A stretch of DNA of 53,444 nt, filler included, from Sphacelaria rigidula (taxonomy: Eukaryota): NCBI GenBank assembly GCA_964200075.2. It is 5 parts of 5 records of this genome, joined end to end, with 100 filler letters (N's around TTAATTAATTAA, not from the genome) between each part and the next. Parts side by side here need not be neighbours in the genome. Positions count along the whole stretch, not along the records: positions 10,711 to 21,320 come from CAXNAA020006206.1; positions 21,421 to 32,029 come from CAXNAA020006207.1; 3 more parts are not named here. One strand, 5' to 3'. Shown piece by piece: positions 12,851-23,002 of the stretch. The notes beneath the pieces are model-generated. The model searched no databases, was not told the DNA's origin, and saw only the letters and a program-made list of their open reading frames with translations. Position 1 is the stretch's first letter; every line of letters begins with the position of its first letter. The translations under genes and the position numbers were made by a program.

Positions 12851-13210
12851 CGCTGAAGCGATGGATTATTATTGTATCCATTGCCCAGAGTGAGGAAAAC
12901 ACACGTCGTTTTACCACATGGGGCCAACATCATTAAACACCATGCTGTCGGGGCTTCAGCACATTGATCGAAATCGTGGTCATTTCTTGCCCCCTTCGTC
13001 ACACTTTGAACCCCTGCCCTTACTCGGGACGAGTCCGTGGTTTCAAGAGATGAAATAAGCTTTCCCCCGGACATGCACGTGAAGTTTTCAAAGTTTCGGC
13101 AGCAGTTTATCTGTACGCGAGCTATCCGATTCTCTCGCAATCTGACATCGCCACCCCCGCCCTCTCAACATGCCCCTGTCGCCCACACCCGATGCCTTGA
13201 CGTATCAAAG

Positions 13211-15097
13211 AGTCCGAGGTCATCCTTCTCTCCTTCCTCAACCTGCCATCGCAGTAGCTCGCGCCTTTGGTCTCCGCCGGGAACACCCCCGCGTTCTCCG
13301 CAGGACAGGCGGAGAATACGCAAAAAAAATCCAGCGGCAGCGGCCGCGGCGACGGTGCCAGGCGAAGGCGAAGGTGTCGTCAGGGATTTATCACCATGTT
13401 CTGCTAGTGGGTACGGTAATTACGACGGAAGTTCGCCGCGGTCGGATACACTACAGTCGATCATGATCCCGACCGTGTTCCCCGCGTCGGATCCCGTTGG
13501 ACCCCACATGGTCTGCGATGATGGTGAGTGTGATGCTGTCGTCGAGGAGAAATTGTCGGTGCGTAAAAAGTTGCGAAAGTCGCCCCCGGCGGCTCATGAT
13601 GATGGGTTGTGTGACGTGAATGCGTGGCAATTCGAAACGTCCTCGTCGACGTTGCCAGCGTCTGGTAGTGGCACAAGCCCAAGCACCGCCGTCACCGTGG
13701 TGGCCGACGATACTGTCGCTCCCGCCCTGCCTGACCCTGAGCAGTCCACTGCCGCTGCTGCTGCGAACCCTACACCGGTTACAGCTACCACCTCTGTCTA
13801 TGCTGACGTTTCTGCGAGTGCTGTGATTGACGATGGTGCGAAGGCTAATGGTGGTTCTAGCAAGCGCAACAAGGACCCCGTTTCTATGGCCCAAAAAGCG
13901 CTGGAGGAGTATTGGAAGGGTAGGAACGCGGGGGGAATAATGGATTCGCCCCCGGAATCCGAGGACGGTTTCGGTGACGGCTCCGAGAACGGAGACAGCA
14001 GCCAGCCCAACTCCCGGGACATATTGAGGATCTCCACCGAGGCACAGCGTGGATCCGTCCCTTCCCTCGAGCCATGCACCGGGAATATCAGCGCTCAGAC
14101 GTTCGGCTCGGCGAGGGACAGCATCCGTTCCGGGCGGTCGGACGCCCGTGAGGGCGGTGCGGGCTGGAGCATTTCGTTACCGCTGACCCCCGAAGATAGG
14201 GGTAAACGAGACGCCCGCAAGAGGATTAGCAGTAGGAAACGCGTCACAACTGGAGGCAGCGGCGGCGGCAGCGGCAGAAGCATGGGAGTTAGTCCCGGGG
14301 CAATCTCGATAGCCACTCCGGTTTCCCCCTCGTCGCAGTACGGTTTTACCAGTAGTCCGTTGGGATCGGCCGCGGCGGTGCGCGCGCGGGGCGGCAGCGA
14401 CAGCGGGGTTCACGACTTCTGTGAAGTCCTCCTCACGAGTCCGACACGCCAGGTCGTAATAGGAGAGGGAGGAGAAGACCCCAGCAACAGTAACACTGTT
14501 GGTCCTTCAGCGGTCGCTGCTGCTGTGGGTGGTGGTGTTAGGTGTAGCCTTGGGCGAGGAGGCAAGTTCGACTCTTTCAACAATAGCCCCCGCGGGTCGT
14601 CGCTGGCGGACTCGAGGAGCCAGAGCCGGCTGCCTACGGTAACGTCCCGGGAGGGACGTAATGGTGGCCCCGCCGACCTTTACACGAATCCTGACGGGCG
14701 GATGTCGAGCAGCCCCCCTGTCTCACCCTTCTATGCTTCCGACAAGGAGATGCCATGGGGGCGGCCTCCCAGTCCTTCCAAGATGCCGAATGACGAAGAA
14801 GGGTCTTCTCCCTTCACCGCGAGCGCGGCGGCGCCGAGCCCTGTTGGCGGGGTGAGCCCCACGGGCGACGGCTGGAGTCCCGCTGCCGGGGTATTAGAAC
14901 AGTGGCAACAGCAGCTGCCACAGCAGCAGCATCAGGGAGGTGGGTTTGACAGTAGGAGTTACACCCGGCACACAGCTTCCCTTAGTGCCACCAGCTCTAC
15001 TAGTCTCGGCGGCAGCGGGGCTTTTGGATTGTCGGCTGATGCTGGAAAGGGATGGATCCTCAGCTCGTCTATAAGTCCGTCAAGAGCAGGAGGACAG
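13211..15097 (+). CDS. Large internal exon (~629 codons) of a host gene; Ser/Gly/Pro/Ala-rich, probably disordered, no recognisable domain
   Basis: Core of the 714-codon ORF 13037-15181, GC-rich. There is a strong donor CAG|GTGAGT at 15097/15098 (phase 0), after which the ORF runs into a retroposon end. The 5' boundary (AAAG| at 13210) is uncertain. Confidence 0.8.
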
Positions 15098-15134
15098 GTG
15101 AGTGTCGGGGGGGGAAGATTCGCACGAGGAAGCC

Positions 15135-15172
15135 GGGGGGGGGGTGTACTTATGATCATGCATGCCATAGCC
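15135..15172 (-). mobile_element. 3' terminal motif of the C-run-associated retroposon family (type B), intronic
   Basis: Minus strand GGCTATGGCATGCATGATCATAAGTACA followed by C10; matches 22032-22085 and 42846-42907. Confidence 0.7.
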
Positions 15173-15707
15173 CAGGTGTGAGCAATCTACGAGTATCATC
15201 ACCATTAGCCCAGGTGTCGAACAATTTTAGACCTCTGGGTGATGGACAACAATGAGCATGCGGTATATTAATAGAGGGGGTGCTCTTGTCGTAGTGGCTG
15301 GTCTGCAAGAGTATCGGTGGGTTGCCGTGTACTTCCGCATGTGGTCATGCTGTATATATGCGCGCAGTCAGTCATGTACTAGCGAAGCATGGAATATATC
15401 TATTTCTATATGTACAAATAAATATGTTCAGGGCGCACGCAGTCAAGAAGCGTCAATCTGGCCGTCGAGGCTCCATAGCCTATTTTGAGGGTGCTGCGTC
15501 AGCTGTATTCTTCTAGTGACAGTTTACTTTATCTGTGGGCCCGTCAGCCATCTTGTGTCCACAAGAAGCTGTATCACTTCCCCCCCCCTCATTATTGTAT
15601 ATTTGGGCTGCTCGAGACCGACCTTATGTGTTGCGAATTCTGCGGTGGGCATGCAGCAAGGTACACGCGAGCTTGGCCAGCCTAGAAACGAATCTAAGCT
15701 CTCACAG

Positions 15708-15778
15708 CTACATCTCATCGACACGAACGCGTTGGGCCGTGATCCACATCAGTCATCGAATATATCAATATCAACAGG
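15708..15778 (+). CDS. Candidate 71-nt internal exon (LHLIDTNALGRDPHQSSNISIST)
   Basis: CTCTCACAG| acceptor and |GTAAAT donor. Phase 0 in and phase 2 out would join 15097 to 19249 in frame. Confidence 0.3.
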
Positions 15779-17467
15779 GTAAATATCTGTCCGCTTAGGC
15801 GAGGGAAGTCTTTTTCGGCGCGTTATCCAGTACCACAATGAAACATCGCAATCCTTTTCCGCAACATGCCCTGCCTACAAGAGGAAGCCGTCACTATGAC
15901 TTACCATGCATGAACAGGTGAAGGGATGAGCCGACCCGCGAAAGCTCACGTTGTTTCCACACCTGTGAACTTTGAAAAACCCTTCTCTGTAGTTCTCGAA
16001 TACTACTGCATACATGCACAACTGTCGAGCAATGCCACGCTAGGGGTGCACTTTTTGCGCAAAATGTTGTCTGGTCCTAAGGATTCTAGATGCACAAGAA
16101 TATGGGCCAGGGCATCGTCGTTTGTAAATTCATTCGGATAATCCCAGGCACATTGGAATAGTAATCCTGGCGCACACTCACATATTTCAGAAAGTGGGTC
16201 TTGGATGAGATCAAGGGCTCCTAACAACTCCAACCTCAGAAAATATTTGTGCACCCCTACCGTAGCATCACTCTGTCCAGTGTTTTTTAGACTTCCGTTA
16301 CAAACCACCCTCACCTAACCAGGCTGACACATTTATCGGACAACGGGGGGTCCAACCTGCGTGCTCTGATAAAACATAGTGCGATGTACGCTGGTGAAAC
16401 ACAGTGCGATGCACCCTGGTAGACGCGGAGTCTTGCGCTTTCGGGAAATACATGCCGCGAACAAGTAGCGAAGTAGTGGTGTCACGAATCGATGGTTACC
16501 GTCTAGGGGTGAAGGGTGCCAGTCCGTGGGCACCCGCGCAGTCTTGCTCAACCACATTCTAGGGTATCGATTCGTTTTGAGTTCGACTTACATATCAGGG
16601 AGTTAGCAGATGTTCATACAGTCGGGTGGCATGCACCTGGCGAGTAAGGATGTTAAAACAACATCCGTTGCAGTGAGGTCAGGCTTATATTAGAAGAAGA
16701 CCAGGGACCCCTCTGGTATCGCAGTCCGTGGGTGGCGTAGATGCTTCTTGTATTATCGGCGAACAGGCTAGTGGCTGCTGAAGTTTTTTGAGATGAGTTC
16801 CCAAAGCCTGTAAAAGCCCGGGGGTGAGCTCGTCACCAGAAATCACACAGGCTCAAAAATGGCGCATGACCTGTCGGACTAAGCATAGCAAAAGTATGAG
16901 ACATGGAGTTCTGCTCGACTGGAAAATAACCAATGAATCCGGAACATTCCCCCAGCCTTATATACAACGCTAACCAAAAATGTGTTGAGAGCTGGAAGGG
17001 CCGGGAAAACTACGCCTGCGCATCGACGCCTGAAAAATGAAACGACAAAAACCTGCAAACTAATAGGGCAGGGGAAAACTCGGTATCTAATGGACAGGTG
17101 AACCCTGTTGGGCAGGGGAAAACGCTATCCGTTAGGAAAGGAAAAAAATCTTTGGCGCCCTTTCCAACGACAGAAACAGCAGACAAGAACGGTCGCTGTC
17201 GTTTTTCCGGGATCTCATTTAGGCTGGAGAATGATTGGCTAGTTAGCTTAATCGTGCGTCGACATCCCGGATCAGTTACACTGGATTCCGGGGTAGTGCG
17301 AGATTTGAACCACATCCAACATTGGTTGGATTCGCGAAGAACAACCTTTCCACGAAGTGATCAATAGTTACCGGAGTGCAGGTTCTGAGGGGTGCTCTTC
17401 TGTAACTACTGACGCTTTCACTACTGGGAATAGAGCCCACGTGCCTTGGCTCACACATGTATTCATA

Positions 17468-17734
17468 TGTTACGGAAATGGGAAACAAGTATTATCAACA
17501 TGATAAAAATGAGAAGAGAGGAATACAGGTACTTGTATGTTACAAAATGGGAACTAGGCAATGCCAAAACACCCGAAAAGAGAAAGCAAAAGAAACAGGG
17601 ACACTCGCAAGTCACAAAAACAGGACACTCGCAATTCATGACTGAAAATTACGGTACCAGCAATATATAGTTTTTCGTTCGTTTATTTTACAACCACCTT
17701 CCCTGCGCAATGATATCCTGTACAATCTCATACA
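17468..17734 (-). mobile_element. Probable 3' LTR of the Ty3/gypsy element
   Basis: On the minus strand it starts TGTATGAG and ends CCGTAACA (TG...CA; alternative end at 17538). It is preceded by the purine-rich GGGGACGTTAAGGAGTAG and lies ~60 bp after the pol stop. Confidence 0.6.
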
Positions 17735-17755
17735 AAAACTACTCCTTAACGTCCC

Positions 17756-17813
17756 CGCTGCAGTCTAAAGTCGGTGTCCCTTTTCGCTGCAGTCTACTGT
17801 CGGTGTCCCTTTC
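17756..17813. repeat. 29-bp direct repeat x2 at the pol/LTR junction
   Basis: CGCTGCAGTCTA..GTCGGTGTCCCTTT at 17756 and 17785. Confidence 0.85.
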
Positions 17814-19194
17814 CCCGCGTTAAGCTTTCTAGTTTCTGGCGGGATAGCTCCTCCCTGCCTCCGTCTTCGTATCGTCCAAGCGACTCCCGTAGTCATACAC
17901 CTGACCTTTGACCTCAACACTTCCGAAGTCTTTCCAAAAGGTAAAACCTATGGGGAAAAGTTCCAAGGCGTCACTGCGCGACAGGTGAGCGTGGAAAGCG
18001 TTTAGTTCCAAAGGAGAGAAACTGCTTCGAAGCTGGCTCTCAGGCAATCAGTCTGACACCTTCCCCCCCCAAATTCTCGCCTTATGTTCCCACTGCTTCG
18101 CGCCTGTCGTGGAGTAGATCTCACGGCGAACCACCAAGGTGGCGAGTTCTTGATTTCGGGGAGGAGCGGTGTTGGTCTTCCAATCTGTATCCCATTCGTG
18201 TTGAGCAAACACGTCAGCTATTGAGTGCCTGAGGTATGATGGACGAACATCAAAGGGTTTTACCTCCGAGACGGCTACCCTGCGTGTACGACGTTTACGA
18301 CCCGCATGACTACTTCTACACTAAGGCCTGTCATCAGTACTTCCTTCACTCTCCAGGGTCCCGTCCGTATACCTTTCGTGTTGCAGTTTCATACCCTTAC
18401 CATCCCGGTGTATCGTGGTGTCTGATTCACGTACCATGACCAGATCTCCTTCTCTAGCAGACAATCCCGGGGAGGGTCTCATGATAGAGGCGTTCATTTT
18501 CGCATGAGGGGATTCCTTCGCGGCGTGCCTCTTCTCCAGAGCTAGACGTATCTCCGTGAGGTTCTGTGTGCTCCACGAGGGCATCCAATCCTTTACTCGA
18601 TTCCACCTCATGATATAGGGGAATAAGAAAATCTATAGACGTGCGGGGCTTATGACCGAACAAAAGCTCGAACGGGGACATGTCGGGGGGGAGGGAAACG
18701 TCAGGCAAGGTACGCTTGATCCATAGTGCTTGGGAGACATACTCGTCCCATCTCTGGGTCCACGACTTACACAGCTTCGCCAGCATGTCTAGTAGCCATG
18801 CCCCCAACCTCTCGACTGCTCCTTGTCCTCTGGGGTGATCGGAGGGTCTAAAAGCAATGTCTGCTTTCAGCCACCTGTACAGGTGCGTCGCCACCTTGGC
18901 TCTAAATTCCTTTCCCCCGTCACTGCGGATTTCTGTAGGCACGCCAAATGTCAAGCATAGCTCGGCAAGGATACGAGCTACACTTTCAGCCTGCGTTGTC
19001 CGGAGTGGGAAGCCGAATGGGAACTTGGAGGCTCGATCTACGATCAAGAGAATGCACCTGTTGTTCGTATGCGATGCAGTGTCTACGCTCAGCAAGTTCA
19101 TATCCACCTCCTCCCATGGGTCTACTGCTCGTCCAGGGGTCATTGCAACCTTGTGGCTACTAGCCTTATTTCTATTCTTTACAAGAGGGGTGCA
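17794..19194 (-). pseudogene. pol: Ty3/gypsy pol 3' fragment: integrase core, GPY/F region, chromodomain-like and Tudor-like C-terminus; frameshifted
   Basis: ORF 18454-19143 has the rve motifs LLIVDRASKF, FGVPTEIRSDGGKEF, HPRGQGAVERL (D-35-E spacing counted), WDEYV and SPFELLFG. The first catalytic D reads N (VDMNLL). It continues through frameshifts as GDLVMVR...GPWRVKEVL, then WEHKARIWGGKVSD*LPESQL, then KDFG..KGQVYDY/RYEDGGREEL, ending at TAG 17794-17796. Confidence 0.92.
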
Positions 19195-19248
19195 TTAACC
19201 ACTGTTGTGCTACACGAGCACATCCGAAGCACCGAAAATGTGCGGCAG

Positions 19249-19504
19249 GGGCGCTGACGGCCATGAGGGACGAGGGAGGCTTGACGATAGACGCCGCTCT
19301 GACTCGGGATTCTCCTCGGCACGTCGAAGCCGTTCCGATTCCCGTGACTCCCGCTCCCGCTCTCGTTTTCGTCGCCGCCGCTCCATATCGCGGGACTCCC
19401 GCAGTCCCCGCCGGCTGCCTGGTGATATATCAGAAGCGACCTCGCGGGGCAGTGGTTCGTTCAGAAGGACTGACAACAGAAAGGACGGCCGCATCAATCT
19501 GTAA
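19249..19504 (+). CDS. Probable terminal exon, Arg/Ser-rich (RRSRSDSRDSRSRSRFRRRRS)
   Basis: AAAATGTGCGGCAG| acceptor, GC-rich open frame to TAA at 19502-19504; phase-2 entry. Confidence 0.55.
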
Positions 19505-19588
19505 TAACCATAATGACAAGCAATACGGACAACAGCGGCCTCAAAACAAACGCCCAAACGACCAACAAACAACTACTAGTAACAGGTA

Positions 19589-20693
19589 CGAGCTGGTTCA
19601 GATTGAACGCCCAAAATTCATTCCCCGAGATTTCCTCACGCCATTTTTTCGAGTTGGACCACGAAAATTTGCACACATGTTCTTGAGGGCAGTATCTAAA
19701 ACTCGAAGACCGTTTTTTTTTTGTTGGTGTCGAGATGGTCGGGATTTGACCCATCCCCCGGTCAAGTAGATCAACCGCGGCCTTGGATAAAAAGCCACAA
19801 AAAAACAAAAACGGTCTTCGAGTTTTAGATAGTGCCCTCCAGAACATGTGTGCCAATTTTCGTGGTCTAACTCGAAAAAACGGCGTGAGGATATGCCAAA
19901 ACGTGCGCTGAAGTATAAAAAAGTCTGTAATTACTTGATTAAAGTACAAAATCGCTCTTTTGGGGGGTTGTTATCACGGTAAAAGACTCAGCCGATTCAG
20001 TTTTTCGAGTTGAGCAACGAAATCTGGTACATGTGTTCCTTGGGGTACCACCTAACCCTAAGATATAAAAATGTTGGTGTTGGGGCATTCTGTACCGGTT
20101 TCCTGGGGGTCTTTATGCTAGGACCCCCGGAAGCCGGTAGAGAACGGAGAAACTTTGAAATCTTGCCAAGGACACAATTTTTCCATTTGGAGCATCAATA
20201 CCTACGAAATTGCCCAGTTTGAGGATGATCTGAGCTTTTCTCCAACAGATCAAGGGAAAATTGTCTCGATGCTCCATGGGTCTTTCGTATGTGTCATAAG
20301 TGGAGATTAGACGACGCTAAAGCTCCACATCACCGAAACATTACGGTTTTGGGCAAAACTCGACCTTGTTGGAACCGTTTTCAAATCTGTTTCTCCCGTT
20401 AGATTCCCAAGCTGATGGCGGTTACTACGAGTTGAACCATATGGAGATTCGGTAGAAATTGGGCTTGGAATTCGTGTTTTCAATTTCGGAACAATTTGAA
20501 AGGCGCTGATTGATCGAGACATATTTTTGTCCATAGCACCACCGCTATAGCCTTGAACGAAAATCCGGCTATGCCACCCTTTTCGTCTGTCCATTGCGGT
20601 CAGTATGAGACCACATTTGTGCATATTGGCTGGGTAGTGCGTTCGTCATTATCCGGGAAATAAATTCTGGGGTATTCAATCTGAACCAGCTTG
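19589..20693. mobile_element. Non-autonomous Tc1/mariner-type TIR element (~1.1 kb)
   Basis: TA|CGAGCTGGTTCAGATTGAACGCCCAAAATTCATTCCCCG matches the reverse complement of 20653-20694, with a perfect 17-nt core AGCTGGTTCAGATTGAA. The right flank reads TG instead of TA. It shares the TACGAGCTGG start with 2330. Confidence 0.75.
19630..19894. repeat. Internal long inverted repeat (~95-bp arms)
   Basis: CCTCACGCCATTTTTTCGAGTTGGACCACGAAAATT...AAAACTCGAAGACCGTTTTT is mirrored at ~19800-19894. The opposite-strand ORFs read the same peptide (LTPFFRV.PRK.AHMF.RA.SKTRRPF). Confidence 0.92.
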
Positions 20694-21320
20694 TGAGATG
20701 AAGGTGACGCAATGCAGGCGAAGCCACTATTGTGTGTAAGTGGGCAAAACGTGGAAGCCTCAGTCGTTACAGTTGGGGCACGTGTGGTAATGACAATCAT
20801 TCGCGAACAAAAACCGTGCGATCAAGGTGGAGCAAGGTACAAAATGCATGACAGGAATATGAGGGCGGAAAATACGCGTGCATATGCCAACATGCAATGC
20901 GATAGCAAGCAAGAAAAGTACAACCACGCGTAGGCGGCAGAAGTAAAAACTACAACACCACAAGCGGGACAGCAACCGCAGAACAGGGTAGCACTCATTT
21001 CCCTGCACTCTCGAAACACATGAGTGACATCCAGCTGTGAAGTAGCACTCTGTCTACTTCATATTAAATAAAGCGATGTTGCAGCTGAGATTTGCGTGAC
21101 ACTTCAACAAGCACACTGTTAACTCTATATAAATGAAGTAACGTGTCACCAGATCAAAATTGCACGCTTAAAACCTCCCATTCAAAAGTATTTGTGTTGG
21201 GAGCATGCCGAGGTTGACTCTACACAAGCACGGACTGCTGCCGAGATAGCCACCCCCCCAAACCGGCCAAAAACGTGCACGGAGGCGATGATCATAACTG
21301 CCGTTGAAGCTGGTTTCGTG

Positions 21321-21420
21321 NNNNNNNNNNNNNNNNNNNNNNNNNNNNNNNNNNNNNNNNNNNNTTAATTAATTAANNNNNNNNNNNNNNNNNNNNNNNN
21401 NNNNNNNNNNNNNNNNNNNN
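21321..21420. other. Artificial scaffold-concatenation linker
   Basis: 44 N + TTAATTAATTAA + 44 N. Confidence 0.98.
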
Positions 21421-21853
21421 CAAGCAACAAATGAGTACCCCCCCCCCTGTGGCAAAGCAATAGAGAGCAGAACTCATATAGTGGCAGAATTTGAGCTATA
21501 CAGGAAGGCACGGAACGCGCTAGAGGGGGAAATGCGGGACGTGAAATAAGGGGGCATGAAATCATTTGATGCAATAGATAGTAGCGAGAAAACGATGGCT
21601 AAACTAGGAGATAGATGGTGGCCACAGACGGCGAAATAGGACGGGGATAAGATATGTGAACGGAGTTTGTGCAATGTATGGGAGAACCGTAATGGGCACC
21701 TAAATTTTGGAGGTGTCTCTATTAGGAGTAAGAACGGTGCTCCGTCTCGAAAGGGATGCATGGTCAATGGTCAAACGACTAAGGCAAGTAACAAATGACG
21801 AAAGGGATGCGTGGTCAATGGTCAAACGACTAAGGCAAGCGACAACTGAGTAC
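21421..21853 (+). mobile_element. Stacked 5'-truncated LINE 3' ends (type A) separated by C-runs
   Basis: End of one copy (CAAGCAACAAATGAGTAC + C-run), then PCGKAIESRTHIVAEF...LGDRWWPQ...CNVWENRN...KGCMVNGQTTKASNK* with 2 internal stops, then a duplicate of the last ~55 nt. Homologous to 42906-43318. Confidence 0.85.
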
Positions 21854-21990
21854 GGCGCGCTCGCCACCCCCCCCCCCCCCCCTCCTNNNNNNNNNNTGTT
21901 AAGTGCGGCCCCCCCCCCACCCACACCCTCCTCCCCCCCCCCCCCCCCCCCCCACCTCAACAACCAAGCCGTCCCCCCCCCCCCCCCCCC

Positions 21991-22113
21991 TTCTGGTCCG
22001 GCGATATTCCGCCGTGCTTTGTTCCGGCATTGTAGGGATGCGAGGTCCATGGTCTCATGACTACGGCATGCAAGATTATGAGTACAATCCCTCCCCCTGC
22101 CCCCCCTGCCCCC
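21991..22113 (+). mobile_element. 3' end of a related retroposon (type B) between C-runs
   Basis: AGGGATGCGAGGTCCATGGTCTCATGACTACGGCATGCAAGATTATGAGTAC aligns with the type A terminus, while the upstream sequence differs. C-rich on both sides. Confidence 0.75.
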
Positions 22114-22579
22114 GTTAGGCTGAAATGGGGCAGAAAAGGAATTGCCAGGTATCGAACCGGTGAGTACGGACTGTGGAGGTTTACTGAAACTCGGACTCAC
22201 CTAATATATTTGTGTGTGGCGCTCATTGTAAGTCTATCCAGTTTTCTCCTTGGCTCCTTCTGTGGTGTAGGTGCTGTATGCAGATATTTGTGCTTATATA
22301 TCATATACTCACTTGTTTTGAAATTGCAGCCTGAATGGCAATGTGTGCGTATATCCCAAATACTCGGACCAAGAAAAAGGCACGTAACACCGCCTATAAC
22401 AACTGTACACTACTCGTAGCTGGGCCAGGCTCTCAGTCGAAAACGGGTAAACGTCACGTCCACGCAGGTCACCTGACAATTCTGTTTCTGTGGTCTCAGA
22501 CGGTGCCCGATTGCGTGGCTTGTGCATTATAGCGAAGGAAAGTTTCAGCATCATTATACCGATCGGTCATCCGCCTAAC

Positions 22580-23002
22580 AACAGCCTGGATCCGTTTTGG
22601 AGGTTCAGCACTTGGGTGAGGTTCAACTCGAAAACAGTGCCTTCCCTGACCTAAGGTCATGACCAATGACTTTCACATGGACGACCTCATGCCCCCCGAC
22701 CTCCTGCAAATTATATTTGGGGGTTGCCCGCCTTCCGTGCCCCCAAAGCATACATGCGAAAGCACCAATTTCGGGCCAAAAACGTCCCCTTTTCTGCCCC
22801 GATATCGAGGCAAAAAGATGCTTCCGCACAAACACTTTGGGGGCACGGGAGACGGGCAACCCCCAAAAATAGTGTAAAGGAGGTCGGTGGGCATGAGGTT
22901 GTCCATATGAAATTCATTGATCATGACTTTTGGTCAGGGAAGCAATGTTTTCGAGTTGAACCTCACCCAAATGTTGGACCTCAGAAACGGATCCAGGCTG
23001 TT
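22580..23002. mobile_element. Foldback/MITE-like element, ~185-bp imperfect arms, ~50-bp loop
   Basis: AACAGCCTGGATCCGTTT...GGGTGAGGTTCAACTCGAAAACA... is mirrored by ...TGTTTTCGAGTTGAACCTCACCC...AAACGGATCCAGGCTGTT. No clear TSD. Confidence 0.9.

Noticed and set aside
13037-15181. 714-aa single-exon protein
   Set aside because: It starts at GTG in intron-like sequence and runs past a strong donor into a retroposon end, so only the core is exonic.
22623-22924. Paired near-identical ORFs on opposite strands (also 19263-19949)
   Set aside because: A by-product of the inverted repeats, not a sense/antisense gene pair.
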